From contig RSEE01000009.1 of NCBI GenBank assembly GCA_003971905.1, positions 62,001 to 126,000 of the forward strand: a stretch of 64,000 nt of DNA. The letters are read 5' to 3'. The stretch comes from Moniliella sp. 'wahieum'. Taxonomy: Eukaryota. Numbering within the stretch: position 1 is the stretch's first letter; every line of letters starts with the position of its first letter. Positions 11,887 to 24,440 of this stretch are shown here, piece by piece. The notes beneath the pieces are model-generated. The model was not told the origin of the DNA. It made no database searches and worked only from the letters and a program-made list of their open reading frames with translations. The position numbers and the translations under genes were made by a program.

Positions 11887-14800
11887 CTACGCCCCCACCC
11901 CCAGCCTCTCCTCGCCCGGCGCTGAACCTCCAAAAAGAAAGAGGAAAGAGGAAGACATCCGACGGACCAAGACCGACCCCCGCTCAGAGCTCATTTCCGG
12001 AAAAAGCCACGGAACTTGCTCGCCTTCTTCGCCTCGCCTTCCTCCCCACGTACCTCCCCTGTCGGGGGGTGAGAAGCCGAGGAAGACGACACAGCACCAG
12101 TCCATCCCGTCGCACCCGATGAAGAGCCAGGCATAGGGGCAGGCGCCCGGACCACGGGTGGGCTGCGCGGATGGTGGCGCGCAGGTGGGTCGCGCGTCCT
12201 GGGTACTTCGAGCGAGTGGTACGACCGCTCGGTACTCGACAGGTGGGAGTGGGTCGAGACGCGTTCCGGGTGACGGCGCGAGCTGGTGGCATGGTTTTGG
12301 GGAGCACGACCACTGCTGCCCCGTCGGGTTCGCGGTGGCCCGCCAAACATTTCCGCCAAAAAGGAAGCGTCGAGCTCGGTGGGCGCCGGGCGTCGTTCGC
12401 GCGTCTCTTTGATGGGATGTAATGCGCGAGGACGGGAATGGGAGCGGCGGAGAATCTCAGCCGGGGCCGAGACGGAGGAAAAGATGCTCAGTTGGTCGTC
12501 CGAGTGGGCACTGGAAAAGCTGGTTCGGGAAGCGGCCGGACGCTCGCCCCGCTCGCGCCAGGACAGAGGTTGCTCGCTCGGCGTGAGCGGCTTGGGAGGA
12601 AGCGGGTGGCCTTGGCCTTTCTCGGTTCCCGCCGAGGAAGGCGTAGGGGGAGGCAGAGGGGAGGGAGACTTGTTCCCTCGCTCGCGTTAGGGAACTCTTA
12701 CGATTGCCCCGCTTGCGTCTTCGCGGTTTGTTCGATCCCGCAACCGACACGGCCTCGTCCTCGGACGAGTCCAGCACTTCCTCGCCCCCGACAGGGGGGT
12801 TGCTACCATGGGTTTCTTGGGTTGCGAGGGGACGAGCTGCGGCGGCGGCGCATCGCACGGCGTGCTGCTAACGAAGACTCGGTTCCGAGCGGTGCCTGAG
12901 GCTCCGTCGATGGAGGCATGGCTGCCGGTAGAGGAGGCTCCGTCGGAGCTTGGGCGGTCGCCATAGGAAGACTAGGCCCGGGGATAGCGAGAGCTTGTGT
13001 AGACAGGCGGGGGGCACGAGGAGGGCGGACAGGAGGTGCCCGAGCGGCCAAGACGGGAGGTGGGGGGGATGTTGGAGCCGTTGCGGGAACTGATACAGGG
13101 GAAGGGGGTTGGGGGGGCATGGTTTTGCTCGCCTGGAGTGTGCCCGCCAATTCTTCCTGCACGGTCGAGGGCATGTGCCTCAATCCTCTCTCGGGAATGG
13201 GAATGGAGGCCGATCCTCTGGGCAGTCCCCTGCTGGGTCCGATTGGACTGGGCTCAGTCCTAAGTGTGAGATTGCCAGCAGCGAGAGAAAGGTCGACAAG
13301 GAGTGAAGGAGAGGAGATTGACCCTCTCCGAGAGGGTAGGTAGATAGAGTTGGCTCGCGAGGGGGAAGGGGTGAGGGCGGAGGTGATGCCCATCCCGGCT
13401 CCACGAGAGGGAGCCGGCAGGCCCGGTCCGGTAAGCCCAAAGTGGGCCGGAAGATCCTTTGCCCACTGACCTAGTTGGCCAGCAGTCACCCTTGTCCCCG
13501 TTGAGATGGGATTGAAGACTCCCTGAGCCAAATACTGGGCCACGGCGGGAGTGAGCCCATCAAATGCAACCAGTAGCCATTCCACTGGGTCGGCTTGGTA
13601 GGCAGCAAACGAGGTGCAGTTGGCTGAAGGCTCGGTAAACGGGCTGCGGTGGAAGAGCATGTTGAGCAAGATCACTCCCAGGGACCACACGTCGGCCGGC
13701 TTGGGCTGGTACGCAGGCTCGTCATCGTTGCAACACTCTGGACAGATGCAGAGGCAAGGGGGCGTTAGTCGTGCAACCGGAGTACGAGAGAAGAAAGTCC
13801 AGGGGACGTACCATACGACATGTAGGGTTTGCTCCCACACCCCACTTCCTCACACCAATCTTCCCTGGTAGCCAGTCCAAAATCAGTAAGCTTCACCGAA
13901 ACGGGCTCCGCCTCGCCACTTCTCGTGACGCCCTGCGTGGCAGGGAGGAGCCGACGATCCTGGACGATAAAGTTCTCAGGCTTGAGGTCGCGATGAGCAA
14001 CGCCTTGGTCGTGGCAGAACTGCACCGCTTCGCACATCTGGACAAACATTTTGCTGATCAAGCGGAGGCGATGCCATGAGAGGATCGAGTAGCCAGAGGT
14101 AGTAGCGAGCAAAAGGGGGTCCTGAGGCGAACTCCCCAGGCTTTCCTGCCCCCTTCACCATCATCCATGGGCGAGAGGACGGAAGGAGAAGGGGGAAGGT
14201 CGTCGTTTGCTTGCTCCAACCAATAGTACAAGTCCTGTCCAGGGCAGTACTCGAGCACGAGAAAGAGCCAGTCGGGGGTCTCGTAGGCACAGTGCATGGA
14301 AACAATGTGGGGTGCGGGGGCAGGGAATGATGAATCACAACTTCTTCTTTCTGCACCGCTACCATCGCAGAGCTGAGATCATGCTTGCACAAACACTTGA
14401 GAGCAAACGCCCTCTCTTGCATGGCATGCGCTGCTCCCAACGCCACAGAGCTGGCATCCAGGTGCATGTCGGGACGTACATGCGGTGTGGAGGAGAGGTC
14501 GCTCTCTCGGCTGGGCTCGCGATCCGACACTTCCCGCACCAGATAGACCGAAGCATAGCTCCCCTGGCCCAGCTTGCGTACCACCTCCAAGGGGCCATCA
14601 ACTCCACCCGTATCTTGTCCCATGCCGTCATGGACCTTGCGTACAACGCACCCGTCATGCCGCAGCCCTTCTGCCAGCCGGTCTTCCGGGAGAAAGATCT
14701 GCATGTCGTCCACGCTGGCCAGGCTGGCACGGCGGGAAAGGTACTCAGCAGTGAGTGTGCTTTCTCTTTCGCGGACAACGCGCCAACAGCTGCTTGGTAC

Positions 14801-15252
14801 GGGGTGATGCAGACGTCGGAGCCAAGCGAGGCCCAGGACATGCGCGCCCAAGCTGATGTCTGATCAAGGATGTCCTGCTGCGGACGCGCCTCCTCCGGCA
14901 CGGCGGGGACCGTTGGCAGGGCGCTGGGCCGGCGGGAGACGGCTGGGCGTGGGGGGTAGGGGAGGTGGGAGGCGGCGTCGCGCGGGGAGGCGGGGCGGGA
15001 AGGCGGAGCGCCGGTGGAGAGGCGGTGGGGCAGGAGGTCGGATGGAGTTGGAGTGGGATGCGAGAGGGAGACGCGCGGGGTGCCCCATGGCATGCTGGCG
15101 GCGTCTCTCTGGGGGTGCCGCGCAGCGAGGGGGCGCTGACGCGGTCGTAGGGGCGGCGGTGGCGGGGAGGAGGAAGGGGTCGGCGGGAGGCGCGGGGGGG
15201 GGGCTGGGCGCGGGGGGGGAACGGAAGCGGGCGCAGGGCGGGTGGGGGCCAT
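11887..15252 (-). CDS. Ser/Thr protein kinase, Ran1/Pat1-Ksp1-Sks1-like, with long Pro/Ser-rich extensions
   Basis: LGQGSYASVY, ALKCL, HRDLKPEN, KLTDFGLA, CGSKPYMSYE, DVWSLGVILLNMLFHRSPF. Intron 13738-13811. Start and stop are approximate because of indels. Confidence 0.85.
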
Positions 15253-15824
15253 GGCGGGCGTGAGGAGGAGTCGGCGCCGCCGCCGCTGGCGTGGGCGGCG
15301 TAGGGGGGATGTGCATGGCGGCGCGGTGGCAGCCCAGCCCAGCCCAGCCGACGGCCGAGGCGCTCGGCATGCGCTCCAGCCGCCAGCCCGCCCCGCCTGT
15401 CGGCCCGCCTGGCCCAGCGCCAGTGCCCAGCCGCCCCACATCACCCGCACATCACCCGCAGCCGCCATCACATCACAGCAGCCTGGCGTTAATGTTGCTG
15501 TTGATTAGCCCGAGGGATTGCGCCCAGCACGCAGCTAGCAAGGCACGCGGCGCAGCGCCACTGTCAACCCCTGGCATCGCCTGGCCCCCTGGCGCCCCTC
15601 GCATCCCCCTGGCGCCCGCTGGCTGCCCCCCCGCCACCCGCGCCCAGCACGCGCCCCAGAGCCTGCCTGTGCGGCAGCCACCTTCCCAGTCCGCTGCTTA
15701 TATACCCGCCTGCTGCTCTGCGCCGCCCGCAGCTGGTCGCAGGGCCACGGACAACCATTAACCACCTCCCTCTGTCCCTCTTCTTCCCGCCCACAGAATG
15801 CACTGAGCACCCCCACTCCCATCC

Positions 15825-18800
15825 ATGCCTTGCCCACCACTCTCCCTCTCCCTCCCCCCCCCCCCGCCCGCCGGGGCTCCATCCCCATCCCCACCCCCAT
15901 CCCCACCGCCCACCGCCTCCACCCTCGACCAGACCGCGCCGCGCCACGTCCGCATTGCCCCCGATGCCCGCTTCTCTCTCCAGGTCGGCCACCCGCACAA
16001 CTCGACCGTGCTCGTAGCCACCCAAAACGCCGTCCCCCTCGCCGCTCTTCGCTCGGTCTTTCGTTTTGCCTTCCAGCACGACACGCTTGTTCTCCGCTCC
16101 TCCCCTTGTACGTGGGAGCAGGTGCAGTGTGCTCTTGAGCAGGCGGCCCCAACGCCTCATTCTCCTTCGTCTCCCGTAGCAGCCCAGTACGTCCCCCCCC
16201 CTCTCTCCTTTCTGTTGCTTCTGTGCACCCGTTTCCCCGCTCGGGCCAGCTGACCTCAGTAGCAGGCCCATCGTGGTGCGTCAGCTGGTCATCCACCTCC
16301 TGCGTCCACGGTGGTTGCCATTTATTGAGTGGGCTTCCCCCGGGCTCGTTAGCCTGCACCTTCTCCCCACCTCGGACGCCGACGGACCCAGCGCGGTGCT
16401 CACGCACTGGACCGAACAGGTCCCTGCTACCGCCCATCCTGCACCTGACCCGGCCCCGACCCAAGCTAGAGCGCAACCATGGCGCGCATGGGCCGCGCAA
16501 GTGCCCTTGCTCCTGGCGGGCTGGGTGCTAACCTGGCTCGTCCGCCCGCGACCATCGTATGCGCTCGTGTTCCCCTCCGACCGGCTACTTCCAGCGTCGG
16601 CAGACAGCTGGCCCAACACGCTTGGGCGCGCAGGTACGCGTGGCCATGCGCCGGGCCTGCTCCCGCGCGCCGTGCATCGCGCAGGGGACTGCTGTGTGTG
16701 CTGACATGGGCGTACGCTTACCGCTCGTGCACCCGATCTTGGGCGTATGCCCACGGATGTTCTTCTGTGTCCCGGCGCTGTTCCTCTGCCCAGGCTCTTC
16801 GTCGGTGTGGCGGGTACGGCGCTATGCCAGCGCGATGGGCTTGCCCCTGCCTAAGCGGCTGGGCAACACTTACACACACCGCTCCGTCCACCCCTGTCAA
16901 GACGGCCCCCAGCCCAGCGTCGTCGCGTGCTCTCGGCGCGCCTTGCCTGCCCACACCACGAGAGGAAGGGGGTGAGACAGAGGCAGCCCTCTCGCGTCCT
17001 GCGTCCCAGGCGGCCGAGTCCAAGGAGAACAGGTACAAGACGACGAGGTTCCATTTTCACCGCCTGTGCTCCTCGCCCGACTTGCCAAACAAGGCGCGCT
17101 CGTCCCCCTCGCACAATATTACCTTGACCCTTGCATCCAGTCCGTCAAAATTATCGGCAACTCAAAACAGCACCGCCCTTATCTCCTCGGAAACAGGAAA
17201 GAAGGTCGGGACACGGCCATCGAATCCGATATACCATCTTGCCCCAAGGGGCTGGGAAGAGGCGGGGACGTCTCTTGGCAGATCGGTGAGCGCCAAGAAG
17301 GCCCCCATCGGAGCAGAGTACGCCCCAAGCGGAAGAGGAGGTGAGCGAGACTGACCCTGCCGGGTCAAGGCCTGTGGAATCCAACCGCATTGCTCGTCGC
17401 GACATTCTTCGTCCCTGTCAAGGTACCAGTCGGACGCAATCCCGTGAGCCCCAGTCGGCGACGAAGACTCCGAACGTCTTGCGCCCAGCTCCGGCAACGT
17501 CCAGGGGGTGCACACTGCGTTCGCCACCTTATCCGGGACGGTGTTTGCCCCCGCATCTTCTGTCCCTGGTTCCTACGAGCAAAAAGGCAAGCTTTTTGGC
17601 CCTTGCAACTCGCCCGCCCTGGCAGCAGCTCCAGAGACGTTTGTCCCTGCTGCCAGTGACATGAGCATGCATTTTCTTCCTGCCAGCGGAGCCGGTGGCG
17701 TCCTCTGGCCGTCCTCCGGCGAGAGCGATGATGTGTTTGCTCCGGCGGCCGAGACTGCGACGATGCCGATGGCTCGCGTCGAAACGAAGACTTTACCCAC
17801 CCCCCTTGCCAATCCCCAAACCAAATCGGCACCCGGACGGTCCACTCTACCGTCACACCTGTTGTGCCTACTATGCTACCAAACGTACGCGCGGCACCGT
17901 CGTTTGCACCCGCTGCCGGGCCGGTCGAAGCGCCAAGGAACGGCGCGCATGCTCTTGCTCTTGCTCGCCCAGCCACCCTCTTTGGGCCCGCTTGCCGTCC
18001 CCCTTCGCCGCTGGCCACCGATACGTTTGCGCCTGCCGCAGCCGGGGGGGGGCACTTTCCTTCCTGCCTCGGGCCCCGTGCACAACCATTTTGCCGCCTC
18101 GGCACAGGAGAGCGATGGACCATTTGTCCCGGCCAGTGCTGGTGTATCGGACGCCGTCGATCATCGTCCGCCTCCAATCGGTGTTCGTTGCTCACCCGTC
18201 GACGGGCTTGCCCCCCCCGCCCAAGAGGGGGAGACGCGCCGAGCGGGGCAGGCTGCGTTGTTCCGGACCCGCCCTTGCTCCCCACCAGTCCAGAGGGGAC
18301 GTTTGCGCCCGCCGCGTCCGGGTCGCAACCGCAGCAGGACACGTTTTTGCTGCAGGACACATCGCGCGGCACACGCAGGGTGTTCGCTCCAGCTCTTGCC
18401 CGGGGGAAGACCTGGCATCGCTCTTTGCGCCCGCCGCTCACCTCCCGCTGCCAAGGCAAACAGAGAGCACGTTCGTGCCTGCTGGCGCGACGCTTGACCA
18501 CCTGTTTGCCCCCGCCGCTGGGTCAGCTACGAAAGGTGTCGCCCCTTGCGCCTCAGCTGTGGCCCACGCACCTTCTTCTCCTGTTTCGTCCCTGGCGCCG
18601 GTCCGGCACGCGGGATTGGCCCTGGTTCCTACGGCGGAGCCGGCCGAGGCGCGGGACCAGCCCGAGCAAGCTCTTTTCGACCAGGCGCTCAGCCCAGACG
18701 CTGAGCCCACTCAGCACTCGGTCGGTGGGCTGCGGGTGCAGAAGCAGGCTGCTGGCCGCTGACGATGAGCTTGGAGGACAAGAAGGTGACGGTGACGCAG

Positions 18801-19349
18801 CCCGAGCGGTCTGGACCCAGCGAGCAGACGGCGCCGGCGGCCCAGCGTGCCGATGTGATGGTCGCAAGCGTCGAGAAGGAAGCGTTGTCACTGACGTGTC
18901 CCCGCGGCAGGCGAAGGAGGAAGACAACCAAAAGGAGAAAGAGAAGGAGAAGGAGAAGATTACTGGACACCCCCCAGGCCGAGACTGGTCTCGACTCATC
19001 GGTCGCCATCCAATCTCCTGCCACCTCGTCGCCTACCGAAGAAGAAGGTGGCACGCACAGCCCCCTCTCGCCCTCGCCCTCGCCCTCGCCCTCGACGAGG
19101 TTGACCAGCAGGGTGAACTCGCCGGACCTGGGCACGTCCCTGGCGAACGGCAAGCCAGGCAGGCACAGGCTCGGACAGCGTACCTGCCACCCCTTCCTCT
19201 CGCCTGCGGGAGCGGGCGGTGGACCACCCCCTCTCCACCGCTGGCCCACCACCGGTGCTCACGGGGCTCAGCCGGTCCTCCAAAAAGGGCAAGAGCAAGT
19301 CCCGCTCCGGGCGGGGGAGCAAGAGTGGCGCGGACGCGGCAAGCGCTAA
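15825..19349 (+). CDS. Hypothetical protein with N-terminal globular-looking region and C-terminal low-complexity region carrying about 14 F-x-P-A motifs
   Basis: TATATA at about 15699; intron 16187-16265 (GTACGT...GCTGAC...CAG); chained ORFs across frames; recurring FAPAA/FVPAS/FLPASG at 17540-18520. May be two genes. Confidence 0.55.
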
Positions 19350-22300
19350 GCGCTAAGCGCTAAGCGTTAACCCACCGCCGGTTCGTTGGGACGTGTGCTT
19401 AGCTGCTTCCTTTCTTGCCTTAGGGGGGGAAGGGTGTGCACCCCAGTTTCGCCCAACTCAATGGGGTTTTCTTCCTTCGTTCTTGTGGAACTGGATCTCT
19501 TTCCTCTTTCCTCGTTCCTGTTTCGTCTTTCGTCTTTCCTACTACCCTCCCTACTTCAAGTACCCCTATAGATCGTCCCCCCCTGACCGGCCTGAGCCCT
19601 GCTACCCTCGCTGTCTATTCCCATCCACACATGGCCACCATGTCCTCTCTCGCTTGCGTTGTCTCCCTCGCCCGCGCTGGCCGAGGAGCCACCCGGATGG
19701 GGGCGGCGCCCCCCTCGCTTGAAGCACTGTAGACAATGAGGCCTGAGGCAGATGCGCCGTTGCGCCATTGGGTCGCGGGGGGGAGTAGTAGTAGCTGTAC
19801 ACGCCCTAGTTACTAGTTCGTACGCAGTGGACAATAGTGGCGCCACGGCCTGCCCCACTCAGTGGACTCAGTAACTCAAGCTAGTACTCAAGTCTCTGGT
19901 CACTATATATAGTCGCTGTGACTAGTAGTCACTTGCTTGTCCTGAGCCTGAGCCTGAGCCTGAGCTCGCCCATTCTCACGCGCCACGCTTGATCTGCTGT
20001 GCAGTCGCGCCTCGAGCTCCTGCCGCGGGCTCACATGCACATAACGCGGATTGCGTCACGCCTGACAGCGTCACGCGCGTGGCTGGGCTGGCATGCTGCG
20101 CTCCCCGTGAGGCCCTGAGGCGTGCGGCTCAGGTGTGTCGTGTGACGCTGATGACGGGCGCCTAACGAGCCTGGCGCCGCCTGGCCTCCTGGCTAGGTGG
20201 GGCAAGATCTACGGTGTAGGGTGTAGGATATAGGATGTGAGATGGGGTGCCGGATGGGCGGCGTGGGCGCGCCCAAGGCCAGGCACTCTGGATTGGTGGT
20301 TAGTACTGAGTAGCGGAGGCGCCAGCCTCGGGGCGTGTGGGGCGAGGCGGCGGTGGCGTGCTTCGGTGCGGGGGAGTAGGGTGTAGGGGTGGCCAGGGGA
20401 GCCGGTGAGAGATGAGATCGATGAGATGAGACGGGAGATCCATGGGAGATGGGAGGGGGGGGCGAAACGTAAACGCGCCACGTAATCGATAATCCGCCCG
20501 ACGCGGCGCCGCGTTGGCTTGGCCCTGCCTCCCCTGGGATCGCCGGCCGAGGTGCCGTGCCGTGCTAGATACCTGTACCGCGTACGGCGCAACGCCTAAC
20601 GCCTGCCTGGCGAAACCCGGCTCAACCCCAGGCGCCTGACACGCCAGCATCGAATATCGACATGCAACATCCCACATTCTATCCCGGCCGCGCCGAACGC
20701 GCCCCTCTGCCCTCCGTCCTCCGTGGCCTCGGCGCGTCGTGGCCGGGACGTTCGCGGGGGCGGAAGCGGTGCGTGTTACCAACTAAGGCGGAGCGCGGAG
20801 CTGCGTGGTGTGTGTGGGGTTAACGTTTAACGGTTAACGTTTAACGCTAACGCTGGCAGGGTAGAGTGGAGTGAGCCACTGGGCAGCTAGACAATCCAGT
20901 CGGCCTTGGGCCCTGGGTGGTAGGGTTAGACGGCGGTCCTGGTGCTTGCCCACCTGTAGCGAAAACAAGCGCCGCCCCCGCATTAGCTTGTGAGAACGAG
21001 GCGCATAGGCATGCGCCCAGTCTTCTTGATCGTCCGACCCAGTCGGCCTGCCAAGCTACAAGCTACATCCATTGGAGGCAAGGCACCCGGCACCATGCCA
21101 CCCGCAGCAGTGTCTATACAGGTGGTGGTGCACAGCTGTGTGGAAGGCTATGATGGGGGTGTGCTTGGGCCATCTGCTTCACCTGCAGCATCTCCGGGGT
21201 GCGCCACACAGCCATGGAAATAGTCTCGAGGAGGATTATCGATTAGGAGGAGAACTAGTAAAATGGGTGCCGTGCTGACCTGGTCACTAGCACTAGTCAC
21301 CGGCAGCATGTGTGACACGTGTGGATGCATGATCGATGATCTCTGACCCAGATGACGGGTGGGCTGACCAATCGCGGGGCGCCGCGGAGTCGAGCAGGGC
21401 GTTGTCATCGATCATCGATCCTCGGCGCTTGGACGGAGGTTAGATTTGGATCATGGAGTTCGATCAGAGAGACGGACCGCCTTTTTTTTACCGTTTTGAC
21501 CTTTCCCAGGGAGGTGACTGGTGTCGGCCGCCTTGGGAGATCGGACGGGCCGCGCTCCATGCTCCAGCTTGAGCGCAATCGCGTACTCCACGTTGCCTGT
21601 TGCACCTTGTTCGGATTGTCCAGGTGGGTGTGGGCTGTTTGGCGTTAGCTGCTACCGTTACCTGTTACCGCTTACCGCTTACCTGTTCCTTCTTACGCGG
21701 GCCGCTTCTACGACCAAATTCGAACCCGATCCAATTGTCGTTTAACATTTGACCCCCCGGCCCAAGAAGCGTTGGGGCGCTGGCCCCCTTCCGTCCGTTC
21801 CCAGCACACGATTGCACCTTTCGTGGCAACAATGGGAGATGATCGATGATCGATGACCGGTTACGCGTTATACGCGTTACGCGTTCTGCGTTACGGCACC
21901 GGTCAGGCGGTCAGGTCCAACTGAAGACTCATGGTCAACCACCGAAGACCAGTGACTATAATAGTGCGAGTGCGAGTGCGAGTGATCATTCTTCAAGCGG
22001 TGTAAGCTGGTAATACAAATGGGCGGCACTACAGTAGGTATACAAGGTACAATGCAACGCTCGTGAGAAGCCGAAGCCCGTGACCCAACGCCCCAACCCA
22101 GGCGAGACCGATTCGGGCCGCAGGCGTCAGCGGGGAACGGGGACGCGGGACCTGGGAAGCTGGAAGCCAAAAGGGGAAGAAAGAAAGGAAAAGAAGAGAA
22201 AAGAAAGAAAAGAGAGCACACGCTTGGCAACGAATCGAGGAAAGAACGATGGGATGGGTCGGGGTCTTGGATCTTGTGCCCCACGTTCACGTTGCACTTT

Positions 22301-22350
22301 CTCCCCGAAAAATCAGATCGACTCCTTTTTCTTTTTTTTTCGGGCCGAGG

Positions 22351-22390
22351 GATAAATCCCAATTCAGCCGGATAAATCCCAATTCAGCCG
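22351..22390. repeat. Exact 20-bp tandem duplication
   Basis: GATAAATCCCAATTCAGCCG x2. Confidence 0.9.
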
Positions 22391-22877
22391 GGGTTCACGT
22401 TCCACCTCGGGCCTCGTTGTGGGAAGCCAGCCGACGTACGGTATGTGGCTGGCAACAGGAACGGGGTCCATGTCCAACTGCAAGCTTCAAGCTTCAAGCG
22501 TCAAGCGTCCGCGTCAAGCTTCACGCGTCACGGGTGCAACGCATGCCACTAGCCCACTGGCGTTGGTGGCTGATTCATATTCATCGGTCAGGCGGGCGGG
22601 TCGGGGCAAAACACCACGGCCAAGCCGGACTGCGTGCGTTCGGTCCGCAGCCCATCCCGCCCCGAAGAGCGTGACACAACAGTCGTGACGCGGCACGCTG
22701 CATGCCACCTGCCCAGAACCCAACGAAACCCGTGTCATCATGAGCATGACATGTGACACCAACACCAACACCTTGTCTTTTCCGATCTCAGAATCGATCA
22801 TCAGTCCATCGTCCATCCGCGTCTCGCGCCAATGTGTGCCATAGAAGCGCATGTAAGCCCATGTATGAATCGGGGGG

Positions 22878-24440
22878 TCAAAGTCCGTGGGGAAAGAGAA
22901 AAAAGAAAAAGAAAAGAAGAAAAGAAAAAACAGTCTTGCTCGATGACCAGAATGCCCATGCCCGGCGAGATGGGTGGAACGAGGGCCGAGGGGATGGACT
23001 AAGGCTTGGAGCCGGCGGCCATCCACAATCCGTTCGACCCATTCCAGCGGCGCACCGTCGCGGAGGATGTGGAGACGGTAATGTCGTCGGGCATCGTACT
23101 TGCGCGCAAACGCCTTGTGCACGACGCGTCGGGACAGACAAACGGCGAGGATGGTCGGGCTCATGGATCGTCTCGTGCGCCAAACGGTTGTAGTTGCGCG
23201 TAAAACCAGTGCCACATTTCGGACAGGGAAAACGGCTTCCTGGTTACGCCGGCGCGGCGGCGAACGGACCGCTTTGGTCCGTCGCGCTTTACGTGGCCGG
23301 GCCAGCGACTTGCTGCCCCCCCGTCTCGGCCGCCGGACTGGCACGCACGTCCGACTGCGCCCCCGGCGAGCTGGGCGCCGCACCGGCGGGGCAGTGGCCA
23401 GGGGAGTGGGGTCCGACCACTCCTCTTCCCCTTTGGCGGGCGAATCGATGAGACTGAACGGTTTGACGGAGGCCGTGACGGGTTCGGCCGAGAAGGGCGC
23501 GGTAGCACGAGGCAAGGTGGTGACAGGAGGTGAGTCGAGCGTATCTTGCCATGACTAAAAGAAAAGAAGAAGAGAAAAGAAGAGGTCAGTCTTAGCTGGC
23601 ACATCGGAGCACCCCACCCCCAACACAACACAAGGCGATGAGGGGGGGGGGGGGGGGGGGGCGGAGGGGGGAGGAGAGTCGGAACGAACGTACGTCAACC
23701 AACTCGCTCGACGGTTGCACCTGCAGCGGAGGAAAGCAGCCTGCGAGAAACGGGGTGGGTACGCTAAACGCCGAGGGAGGGGCAGCGCAAGCGTGGAAAA
23801 GCCCGGGGCCAACGAGGTGTTCAGAGGCACTGTAGGAATGCTATCCGCCGGGGAGGTTCCGGTACCGGTAAACATGAGGTCCCACGCATTTTCGTGTTCT
23901 GCGCGGCGCGGCAGAGCCAGGGGCGGATGGGCAGGAACGGGTTGGTGGATTGGAGCAGGGCGCTGAAAGAGGTTAGAGGCTGGCATGCCATAGTACGCCT
24001 CGTCGAACTGCGACGGAGGCATCTCGGGCAGAGGAGCAAACAGGTCGGGGCTTAGGTTGGCGAGGCTCGTAGAGCTTGACAGAGCAGGGTAGAGTGGGGG
24101 GAGGCGGACCGATGAGGCCTTGGCAAAGCGTCCGTCGTCGATGGGAGACAGCCAGCCCATCGACGTGGGGGGGGTCGAGGCGTCGTCGATGAGCGTCGTC
24201 GGTGGCGAGACGGGTGGTCGAGGCAGGATAGGGTCTGGGCGTGGGCGGAGGCGGAGGCGGAGGCGTGGGAGGGCTGGTGGGGGCGCACCGAGGCGAGCAG
24301 CATGGTCCAGAGCCGGGGCGCACAGGGGTTGGGGGACGCCAGCCGCGGGCAGATGGTGGGGCGGGAAGGAAGCACGGCAGACAAGAACCAACTAAACTAA
24401 CCCCACTGGCGAAGCAAAACGCAGCAGCAGCTGGATCCAC
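22878..24440 (-). CDS. C2H2 zinc-finger transcription factor (two fingers, Crz1/Swi5-like class)
   Basis: Joining frames at about 23070-23240 gives KPFxCPKCGTGFTRNYNRLAHETIH and PFVCPDASCxKAFARKYDARRHYRLH. Intron about 23554-23693 (GTACGT...CTGAC...TTTTAG). Pro/Ser-rich N-terminus; true start and stop uncertain. Confidence 0.75.

Noticed and set aside
19400..22300. Protein-coding genes in the 3 kb between the FxPA gene and the zinc-finger gene
   Set aside because: Only short Arg/Pro/Gly-rich ORFs typical of GC-rich non-coding DNA; none supportable.
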